Positions 11,101 through 18,500 of a stretch of 64,000 nucleotides of DNA are shown piece by piece. The notes beneath the pieces are model-generated. The model did not search any database and had not been told where the DNA came from. It worked only from the letters and a program-made list of their open reading frames with translations. The position numbers and the translations under genes are program-made. The stretch lies in assembly GCA_964508025.1 (NCBI GenBank), contig CAZDSF010000009.1:7310-71309 (forward strand), read 5' to 3'. Source of the DNA: an uncultured Anaerolineales bacterium. Lineage in GTDB: Bacteria > Chloroflexota > Anaerolineae > B4-G1 > SLSP01. Position 1 is the stretch's first letter. Each line of letters opens with the position of its first letter.

Positions 11101-11898
11101 GACAATCCAGAATGCCTGCTCAAACTGGGCGCAGCGGCAATGGCGTTAGGCGAGTTGGATGAGGCGCAGGCACGCTACAACCGCGCCGTTGCCCTCAAAC
11201 CCGATTACGCCCCCGCCTACAAGCATCTGGGAGAACTCCATGCCCAAAAGATGGCCTGGGACGATGCGCTGCGCGCCTACCAGCGCGCGCTCCAATTGGA
11301 GCCAGAAGATGCCGAGACGCACTACCACCTCGGCAGAATTTACCAGATGCTGGCCCGTTATCCAGACGCGGTGGAACATCTGGAGCAAGCCATCGCCTTG
11401 AATCCGAAGGCGCTTGAGCCTTATGCCCCCCTGGGGATAACGTATGAAGCGCTAGAGCAGAACGATGAGGCGCTACAGGTTTATGAGCAAGCGCTCAGCA
11501 TAGCGCCGCACCGCATCGAAAACCATCTGCAAGTGGGACGGCTATGTCGCCGGCTGGGGCATCTCGATAAAGCCATCGCGCACTTCTTGCGCGGGGTAGA
11601 GCTCCAGCCCGACGCTGCCGGAGCCTATCACGAATTGGGCCAGACGTATGAGCTGCAGGAGCGCTACAGCGAGGCGCTCACCGCTTACCTCGAAGCTTTG
11701 CGGTTGGAGCCTTCGGTCGCCGATTACTACTACAGCGCAGGGCTTATCTACAAGCTCATGAAGCAATACACACAATCGGCAGCGATGCTCCGCGAGGCCA
11801 TCAAATTGCGCCCGGACGATGCCAATGTCTACAAGCAATGGGCGGCGGTCAGCGCCGTGTCCATTCTCTGGCAGCGGCAACGCGGCGCGGAAGCGTGA
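5134..11898 (+). CDS. Giant NACHT/STAND P-loop NTPase fused to ~45-50 tetratricopeptide repeats (about 2254 aa)
   Basis: Walker A GGLGSGKTTFLHTL, Walker B AVYLFDNVDALE, and the N-terminal signature typical of NACHT (RFLLQYL...YIPLELQ). The last ~1650 aa are continuous TPR units (AxxxYxxLG/AxxxxxxAL periodicity). Start taken at the ATG after the upstream stop. Confidence 0.75.
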   Translation: MMTTQATQTDSCDTARRALPLERRFLLQYLRAVRDAPRLAATAQRYIPLELQLESGGGAQDAIEATRNRNAMFVIGGLGSGKTTFLHTLFWNLAAEGLAAPHSATSPIPFFLDLTEFDAHTAIETLLLHATQQYLPAATPEIMAAFLRQRQAVYLFDNVDALESSSRERLYAWIAGEQQARRDIRYILACRPDMPTSAACTVALPLEQLHLLPLRDRSVDAFIERQAAPEIAVTIQKQLRQDAAVWELAHTPLFLQAALRLAERTDARTPWWSRCAIIQEALSLTQKPSTAGITVWLNTVGRTLAEIAFILQQAQTSQIEVSRLTELISKTGLPASRIYESGLLVSKTGDDEVAFIHGLIQEFFAALALKFRLGTTFSCSHLVREPQSLTVWRGVLIQLYGLVEDRKTLVGNWVAEGATAGLAELLANCTVNNDLPHQLPEKIREIARLTESKATLFRLGAALKRQGATEAATTALLETLNRETATTSERSAHSIAPTSDTGGTSMDQIRQRLQLGRIQRELDRPAQALTELRAASAEIERLHAEIRYEMGLTFQAQGQAEAALTEFLQAQARDAHSAVYAYEVGAALNRLGRYRDALTPLNAALEQAPNMTAAHRELAHAYAQQHWAEEAERILAKALELQPEDGELCYDMSVLLAQRGAAAQAKVYLQRALSLHPDRAAWHDALGRLHQQEATDFHAARQEFEQAILLDPTCAATWGHLGTLYQRQGEPNRAAAYLHRAVALEPECAAWHGALADCLRAQNNFSEAAAAYQRALQLGAECAEHYHGLATCLYHQGCHEEALLALREATQLAPEFAPAYALMGQIHAEQQRPEAARQALLLACATEPAQARHYQALSRFYIQAAEPHLALEAVQRALEIQPDLHSAYDQQGHIYELLGADTEALSAYTKALALQPTEGTYALHAGIIAQRLGQHDAALAFLKQAEPLLPDNPALYYHLGELYQERRDYENARAGFHKSVTLQPDEPAYHARLAATAYRLGRLDEAQREALNALKLKPGAAELYSLLGQIAETEARHEEARAYYQEALTAEPEAITHRCRLAALYRRLERHTEAEAVLMEALEIAPTNATLYHELAQLHEARGATALALEAYAQAIALDPQQPEFLLSKGRFLRQLQRLNDALTMLERALRLDPTLAEAHYQLGQIYELQGQAQNAMSAYRQAIAAAPERAEPAYAYARLCLQAHNIEAAISSLQTVVQLRPDWAEAHYQLGSAYHQQHAWDAAHVHLERASALAPENAAYRAAIGANYQQSGNFTEALTAYQIAGHLAPENIHYRRIIAGLYRQLGQVDDALATLRDALNLDPENPGLYAELGQTLIAKGQLSEALSQYLNAADLAPHRAEYYRQMGVILRQLGDQNQALKMLKTAAELAPEDAEVHDALGQLYHERAQYIAAVTEFEEAVTLAPEMAVYWQRFSRSLCALERYERALEAAQRAIALAPHAAEMHAQLAAIYAQQQHFEEALSEYRYASAQEPQNPIYHCAVGATLYALEQFEPAIQALSEAIQHNPGSAEAYRWLGAIYARQGETENALNAYQNAIKLEPENPIHQHNIGLFLWHLQRYEEAHAALQRALALNPDDAEAHYILGQLYETRGENANALDQYHQASLLQPKQRDYRQAYGIALRQAQRYEEARQVLTEILAEDTANAEVYWQMGALFEATGDLQAAWQAYTKAATLQPAALRYQLHAAMALGALGRQALLLQQAGMATDMPAGTEIASVIHNLRQALTHSQDDTATRAALGEILMLNGETEEAILHLQRAVEAAPHSAAYHRNLGTAFRLKGDFQQSLRELRVADVLAPEDPEIQYELALSYRALGETAEAARKLAKAAEAKPAEALYQYALGQTLRQVGHLQEASAALSKAINLNAGVAAWYHELGNIFYAQRRNHVALEQHLRAAELEPENAAYLHAAARAYSDIGNDKQAILLLEQALQREPSKTDWWLELGDAYQRQTHTLQAREAYQQAATLAPDNPECLLKLGAAAMALGELDEAQARYNRAVALKPDYAPAYKHLGELHAQKMAWDDALRAYQRALQLEPEDAETHYHLGRIYQMLARYPDAVEHLEQAIALNPKALEPYAPLGITYEALEQNDEALQVYEQALSIAPHRIENHLQVGRLCRRLGHLDKAIAHFLRGVELQPDAAGAYHELGQTYELQERYSEALTAYLEALRLEPSVADYYYSAGLIYKLMKQYTQSAAMLREAIKLRPDDANVYKQWAAVSAVSILWQRQRGAEA

Positions 11899-11907
11899 GA
11901 GACGCAC

Positions 11908-13605
11908 ATGAAACACGTACCCTTTCCCGCAGCCCCAAGCGCACCGGCATCCGCCCAAGTCGCCGCCAAAGCACTAGAGGAAGCGCAATTCGAGATGGAA
12001 AACTGGATCACCACATTGTTGGCAGAGGAGACACCGCCGCCGCCAACCCAGCCAGAGCGCACAGATACCGTCTATCTGATCGTTTCCAGCCGGCGCGCGC
12101 TGACCAGAAAATACGGCGCAGAAGGCTTCCGCCGTGTAGATGAGGCGCTCAACGCCTTACAGCAAGCCGTTGCCGCACATGTAAAACTCAACGCCCTTCT
12201 GGTTTATGTGGATGACGTCGCCTCGCTGACACCCTATAACCTGCAACCGGTAGACCCTGCTAATCCATGGCAGATTAAGGTGCTGATCGAACAAACAGCA
12301 ACTTATCTCAAGGGTCGGGAGCAGGATGTGCGCTATCTGCTCATCATTGGCGGCGATAGCATCATCCCATTTCACCGGCTTCCCAATCCTGTCAACGATC
12401 AGGATGCCGATGTACCTTCCGACAATCCCTACGCCTCGCAAGACACCAACTACTTCATCCCAGAAAGGGCGGTGGGGCGGCTGCCCGATGGCGAGGGCGA
12501 ACCCGTTTCGGTATTGTTAGACCTCATCCAGGAAGTCATTAACACCCACCGCAGGAGAACCACAGCCGCCAAAGGGCTTATCCACACGCTCTTACAAACG
12601 CTGCGTGCAAACGGGCGCAGAGAAGTCCTCAAAGTGGGCTGGGGCTATTCCGCCAGCATTTGGCGTAAGGCATCGCGGCATGTGCTGCAACACCTCGGCG
12701 ATGCCCAACCGTTGCGCATCTCTCCGCCGCTCACCTATCAGGAATTCAAGCGCCACACATATACGCCTTTCAACTATTTCAACCTCCACGGCATCGAAGA
12801 TGGCCCCAACTGGTACGGGCAACGCGACGCCCTCTTCCCGGCGGGATATGAGCTCTTTCCTGTGGCGCTCCGCCCCGAAGACCTCCAGATCGCCGATTAT
12901 GCCGGCTCGGTCATCTTCACCGAAGCTTGTTATGGCGCCAATATCCTGGGCAAGAACACCGGCGCATCCCTAGCGCTGAAGTTTCTGGCTTCGCGGGCAA
13001 GAGCCGTGGTTGGCTCCACCAAGGTAGCCTATGGCTCTATCGCGCCGCCGCTGATTGGCGCCGATTTGTTAGGCAAGCATTTCTGGAAAGGCATCCTTGC
13101 GCATCTGACAGTGGGTGAGGCGCTGAAATACGCCAAAGTCAATCTGGCGCGCGAAATGCAAGAACGGCAGGGATACCTCGATAGCGAAGATCAGAAAACG
13201 CTGATCAGTTTTGTGCTCTATGGCGATCCCGCGTCGCCGGGCACTCCTGATGGCAACATCGAGCTGCTGAGCAAAGCCCTGTGTCCGCCGCTGATTTACC
13301 AACGGCAGACCAAGGATCAGAAAAGCCTGATCTCTGAACAACTGGTCGCCACGGTAAAAAGCCGCATCGAGGCGAGCCTACCGCACCTGGCGCAAGCGCG
13401 CGTCCACGCCGCGCCGCTCGTCCTGAGCCATGGCGAGCTGACAACAGCCCACGCCAAATCACACACCGCGCGAAGGTCAGGCGCCAAGTGGGCTTTCACG
13501 CTCGAAAAGGACATTTCCGTCAATGGCGACAGCGCCCATCATCAAGTGGTTAAAGTGACCGTTGACGAGAATGGTGCGATTCTCAAAGCAGCGATGTCCA
13601 GATAA
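11908..13605 (+). CDS. Caspase-fold (clan CD, peptidase C25/gingipain-like) cysteine peptidase with a C-terminal ~80-aa extra domain
   Basis: YLLIIGGDSIIPF beta-strand, DVPSDNPYAS, His-Gly dyad FNLHGIEDG, then catalytic-type Cys in FTEACYGANI. Start lies 10 nt after the stop of the NACHT-TPR gene. The C-terminus is homologous to ORF 15230-15475. Confidence 0.55.
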   Translation: MKHVPFPAAPSAPASAQVAAKALEEAQFEMENWITTLLAEETPPPPTQPERTDTVYLIVSSRRALTRKYGAEGFRRVDEALNALQQAVAAHVKLNALLVYVDDVASLTPYNLQPVDPANPWQIKVLIEQTATYLKGREQDVRYLLIIGGDSIIPFHRLPNPVNDQDADVPSDNPYASQDTNYFIPERAVGRLPDGEGEPVSVLLDLIQEVINTHRRRTTAAKGLIHTLLQTLRANGRREVLKVGWGYSASIWRKASRHVLQHLGDAQPLRISPPLTYQEFKRHTYTPFNYFNLHGIEDGPNWYGQRDALFPAGYELFPVALRPEDLQIADYAGSVIFTEACYGANILGKNTGASLALKFLASRARAVVGSTKVAYGSIAPPLIGADLLGKHFWKGILAHLTVGEALKYAKVNLAREMQERQGYLDSEDQKTLISFVLYGDPASPGTPDGNIELLSKALCPPLIYQRQTKDQKSLISEQLVATVKSRIEASLPHLAQARVHAAPLVLSHGELTTAHAKSHTARRSGAKWAFTLEKDISVNGDSAHHQVVKVTVDENGAILKAAMSR

Positions 13606-13622
13606 CAATGGGGTGATGCCGC

Positions 13623-14051
13623 ATGTTACTCGGCGAATTTCACTGCACCACCAACGCAAACGGCAGCCTCATGTTGCCGCCGGTGCTTCGCAGCGCATTA
13701 AGCGCGGGACTTACCATCACCCGCGGCATAGATCGTTGTCTGATCCTCTACCCTGCCGGCAGTTGGCAAGCGCTCACAACGGCGGTACAGGAACGTCTGC
13801 GCCTTACCCGAGCGGCAGACCGCGCCTTTGCCCGCTTGCTCTTTTCGGGCGCGGCAGTCTGCGTCCCCGATGAGAATGGCTGCATCCCCTTGCCCGAAAA
13901 TCTGCGCCGCTATGCCGATATTCGCGCTGACGCCGTCATCGTAGGGGTGTACAGCCATCTCGAATTGTGGGATGCGCAGCGCTGGGCAACGCTCACGGCG
14001 CAGATGGAAGCGGATGCCGCACTCATGCGCGAGGACTATCTACTGGTATAG
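13623..14051 (+). CDS. mraZ: Transcriptional regulator MraZ
   Basis: MLLGEF... start and duplicated MraZ/SpoVT-AbrB-like halves (GSLMLPPVLR / GCIPLPENLRRYADI). Confidence 0.75.
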   Translation: MLLGEFHCTTNANGSLMLPPVLRSALSAGLTITRGIDRCLILYPAGSWQALTTAVQERLRLTRAADRAFARLLFSGAAVCVPDENGCIPLPENLRRYADIRADAVIVGVYSHLELWDAQRWATLTAQMEADAALMREDYLLV

Positions 14052-14148
14052 TGTCCAGAAAACAACCGCCCTGGTCTCGAAAGCCAGCAAAACAGATGAT
14101 TTTTCGTTCAGACCCGCACAATCGCGTTTCAGAAGGGAGTTATCCAAG

Positions 14149-15237
14149 ATGAAAACCGAAATGCTCGACAAAGCGCGTATCAAAGTGATTGGCGTTGGCG
14201 GCGCCGGCTGTAATGCCGTTGACCGCATGATCCAAATCGGAATTCCCGGCGTCACCTTCGTCGCAGCCAATACCGATACACAAGCACTCGTGCAATCAGA
14301 AGCGCCGTGCAAAATCTGTTTGGGACCGAATCTGACCCACGGACTTGGCGCCGGGGGCAACGCCGAGATCGGGCGCAGGGCGGCGCAAGAGAGCCAACGC
14401 CTGCTCGGTGAAGTGATGCAAGATACAGACATGGTCTTCATCACCGCGGGGATGGGCGGGGGAACGGGAACCGGCGCCGCACCGGTTATCGCGCGGCTGG
14501 CGCGTGAAGCCAATGCCCTGAGCATCGCCATCGTCACCCGACCCTTCGCCTTCGAAGGCCCCCGCCGCCAGGAGGCCGCGAAAGAAGGCATCGAACGGCT
14601 GCAAGAAGCGGTTGACGCCCTTATCATCGTCTCCAATGACCGGTTGCTGGAAGTGGTCAGCAAGCGCATTCCCCTGGGCATCGCCTTTCGCGTCGCCGAT
14701 GAGGTGTTAAGGCAGGGCGTGCAAGGCGTCACCGAGCTGGTCACCCATCCAGGGCTGATCAATCTCGACTTTGCTGATGTGAAGTCAGTGGTCAGCAACG
14801 CCGGCAGGACCTTGATGTCCATTGGGCACGCTGAAGGCAAAGATAAGGCGCTCGAAGCGGCGCGCATCGCAGTAGAGAATCCGCTGATGGACATCGAGAC
14901 GCTTCAGAACGCCGAGAACTTGCTGGTGAACTTCAGCGGCGGCGAAGATCTCACCCTGGCCGAGGTCAGCGAGGCCATGGATTACCTGGCCCAGACAGCC
15001 AAACCAGAAGCGCAGATCTTTTTCGGCGCAGTCATTGATCCCCATATCAAAGGCAATGTGCAGATTACGCTCATTGCGACCGGCCTGGATGCGCAATCCA
15101 ATCACCCGCCGGCCCGCACGGCAACGCGGGGCGCGCGCCGGCACACGCTGGCAGAGTTGCTGGGGGATACTTATGTCATACCGGAATCGGCCTGTCCGCG
15201 CGTGACCACACGCCAGGAGGCGCTGCACCTTGGCTGA
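14149..15237 (+). CDS. ftsZ: Cell division GTPase FtsZ
   Basis: IKVIGVGGAGCNAV, tubulin signature GMGGGTGTGAAPVIA, T7 loop NLDFADV; RBS AGAAGGGAG. The long 13972 ORF start was rejected. Confidence 0.9.
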   Translation: MKTEMLDKARIKVIGVGGAGCNAVDRMIQIGIPGVTFVAANTDTQALVQSEAPCKICLGPNLTHGLGAGGNAEIGRRAAQESQRLLGEVMQDTDMVFITAGMGGGTGTGAAPVIARLAREANALSIAIVTRPFAFEGPRRQEAAKEGIERLQEAVDALIIVSNDRLLEVVSKRIPLGIAFRVADEVLRQGVQGVTELVTHPGLINLDFADVKSVVSNAGRTLMSIGHAEGKDKALEAARIAVENPLMDIETLQNAENLLVNFSGGEDLTLAEVSEAMDYLAQTAKPEAQIFFGAVIDPHIKGNVQITLIATGLDAQSNHPPARTATRGARRHTLAELLGDTYVIPESACPRVTTRQEALHLG

Positions 15238-15475
15238 GCTGGAACCTCGTCACATTGCCCAGGCCACACGGGCGGTAATTGCGCAATTTCCGGAGATGCG
15301 CGGCGTCGAGCCAACGCTTAGCGCGCAGAGCATACCGGGTTCGCCACCCCGGCAGCACTATATCCTCACCTTTGCGCAGCAGGTGAAAGTATCGGCCCAC
15401 GAGACGCTGCAACGACGGGTGCGCGTCACCATGAACCAGGATGGCGAGATCATCAAAATCACAGCATCCAGATAA
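15230..15475 (+). CDS. Small protein (81 aa) homologous to the C-terminal domain of the C25-like peptidase
   Basis: C-terminal ...VRVTMNQDGEIIKITASR versus peptidase ...VKVTVDENGAILKAAMSR (10/18 identical), plus N-terminal similarity. Probable TTG start 10 nt after GGAGG, overlapping the ftsZ stop. Confidence 0.45.
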   Translation: MAELEPRHIAQATRAVIAQFPEMRGVEPTLSAQSIPGSPPRQHYILTFAQQVKVSAHETLQRRVRVTMNQDGEIIKITASR

Positions 15476-15531
15476 TGCGGAGATTTTCATCCTTCCGCCT
15501 TCATCATTCATCCTTTCAGAGGAGCACCCCC

Positions 15532-18500
15532 ATGACTTATCTTTCGACTCAAAATCCAGTAACCAGACCGGCGGCGACCCCTCCGTCTTTGGCCTCGAAA
15601 TCCAAAACCTTCGTGATGCCAAACAAGTTGGGCATCCACGTATTGCGCGCCACGCCAGACCTCCTGGCATTCATCGCCGCCAAACCGGCGGTGATCAAAT
15701 TCGCAGGCGATTGGGAACACGCGCAGAGCGCGCTGCCGGGTACACTGGTGATCGGGCAATTACCATCAACCGCGCAAGATGAGACGTGGCGACCCGGAGC
15801 ACAGAATCCAGAGCAGGCTGCCAGAGACTTCGTCGCCGCACACCGGGAATTCTACCAAGCCCATGCCTACATCCCCTACTGGGAAGGCCCCCATCAAATC
15901 ATACCGCGCGACCACGGCGACTTGCATTGGTATGCCCGCTTCGAAATAGAGCGGATGAACTTACTACAAACATTGGGTTTCAAATGCGTCATTGGCAACT
16001 TCGCTGTGGGCGCGCCGGAACTGGCGCTGTGGCCGGCCTTCTTGCCCGCCATCGAAGCCGGCATCCGGCGCGAAGCCCTGCTCGGCTTGCACGAATACAG
16101 CTGGCCCTGGATGTGGTGGCTAACGGGCAAATATCAGATGTTGCCCGGAGACGATCAGGAAGACGAGGGCTGGAGCACCCTGCGCTATCGCCAAGTCTAC
16201 CGGCAATACCTCCTGCCTCGAGGCCTGCAAATTCCCCTGGTCATCAGCGAATGCGGCATTGATCCAGAAGTCAAACCGCTGCTGCTCACTACCGCCGCCG
16301 GCGACTGGAACGAACCGGGAGCATATTGGGCGGGGCCGGAGCATGAAGCAGACAACGCCGCCCCCTATTTCCGACAACTGGCATGGTACGAGGCTGAATT
16401 GGGGAAAGACCCCTACGTCATAGGCATGGCAATCTCCACGTGGGGCCACTTCAACGGACAGAACAAAGATTCCAATATTGCCGACTCTCCCATCGCCGAA
16501 AAACTGCGCCAACGGGCCAAAGCCCATCCGGCGCGGCCCTTCGATTATCACAAACTCACCGGCGTACAGCCCCAGGCTGGTTATGTTCCGCCGCGCACGG
16601 CTTACCGCCGCACCTACATTCTGTTACCGCAGATCCAAGACACCTTCGAGCGCCTGGAGTGGCGCATGGCAGCCGCCATCGGCTCCTCGGTGCAACTGCG
16701 CACCCTGGGCCATTCAGCAGACGACGCCGGCGTGGGGCCAGAGGCGCGTGAAATCATCGCCGTCAATCCCCAAGCCTGGGATGCCGAGCTTCAAGCCTGG
16801 TACGAACAGCACTATCCCGGCGCCGAGTATCAGGCCCTCCAGGCATCCACCCCTTGGGAAATGGCGCTCAAACTCATACCGCCGCTGGAGGATGATATTG
16901 CACTGGCGCAGATTGATCCACGCTGGGCGGATTACAATTTCGGCGAAATCCCCTACGACACAGAGACCATCGGACGCGCCGGCTGCTTCATCACCGGCCT
17001 GGCGATGATATTACGCAAGCACTATCAACGCGACGTAACGCCGCCGGTGCTCGACAAAATCCTGGTTGCCGCGCGCGGCGCCTACGTTCAAGACAACATC
17101 CTGGTCTGGCCGGACACGATCCCACTGTTTCCCATTTTCGATCAGAGCATCAAAGATAACGTCCAACGCACCGCCGCGCAGCTCGAGGAGCTGCTGCGCA
17201 ACGGCTGGGAAATCATCCTGCGCCGGGCGGATGGCGGGCACTTCGTCTATCTGGAGAAAGTACTAGGCGACACATTACAGATCATTGATACGTGGGATGG
17301 CAAACGCAAGCGCCACACCGCCGACGCCTATCGCGGCATCCGCGCGGCGCGGTTGCGGAGAACGCCCCTGCCGGAACCCGAGCTCTCTGGGATGACGAAC
17401 ATCAGCAGCCTGACGCCGCGCGAACCTTACCGCCGCACCTATGTACTTCTGCCGCAGCTCCAGGACACCGTCGAGCAGCTGACCTGGCGCACCGCTGCCG
17501 CCATCGGCTCCGCCGAGCAGCTGTGTACCCTGGGCCACTCCGCCGATGACGCCGGCGTAGGCCCGCTGGAACGTGAAATCATCGCCGTCAATCCGCGCGC
17601 GTGGGGCAGCGACCTCAAAGCCTGGTATGATCGGCACTATCCCGCCGCGGAGTACCGGGCTATCGAGACCGAAAGCCCCTGGGAGATGGCCGTCCAGATC
17701 ATGCCGCCATTGGAAGATGACATTGCGCTCGCGCAGAAAGACCCGCGTTGGGGCCGCTACGACTTCGGCGCCGAGCCGGACCCTCACGGCGGCGCGGAGA
17801 CCATCGGGCGCTACGGGTGCTTCCTCACCGGCTTCGCCATCATCCTGCGCAAAATTTACGGGCGGGATGTCACCCCACCCTTGTTGGATAAAATCCTGGT
17901 GGCATCAGGCGTGGGCTATGTGAACGATCACTTCATGGCGTGGGAAACCGCGATCCCCATTTTCCCGGCTTTCGATGGGCATCTCAAGGACAACCTCAGT
18001 CGCTCCGCCCGTGAACTAGAACGGTTGCTGGAAGACGGCTGGGAGATCATCCTGCGCCGGGCCGATGGCGCGCACTTCGTCTACCTGGAGCGCGTGGAAG
18101 GCGACACGCTGCACATCATTGATACCTGGGACGGCCAACGCAAGCGCCACGCGGCCAGCGCCTATCGCGGCGTGCGCGCAGCGCACATCAAAGCGCGACC
18201 CAAGCGCCCTGCGCCGGCGAAAATCCTGGTGGGGCTGCACGATCTGCGCGGCGCGGAATGGATGGTCAGCCAAAAGCTACGGGGTTGCTGCCTGGTACAT
18301 TCGGTGGTGCAGCGGAAGGCAGCGCCGCTGGATTTGCGGCATCTCCAGAATGCCGGCATCACCGTGATTGCGCGACTCAACTGGGGCTACGCCGATGGCA
18401 CAGGCACGTTGCCGCGCGCCGAGCACCGGGACGCCTTTATCAACGCCGTCGCCGAGACAATCCTGAACACGCAAGGTGTGGATTACTTCCATGTGGGCAA

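Noticed and set aside
3779-13605. Classic tRNA-integrated genomic island with att duplication
   Set aside because: The tRNA's 3' end faces rlmB, not the cassette, and I could not see a duplicated tRNA 3' segment. It is treated only as an accessory patch with an IS remnant.
13972-14148. Long N-terminal extension of ftsZ from 13972
   Set aside because: It overlaps the mraZ 3' end. An RBS and the conserved FtsZ N-terminus begin at 14149.
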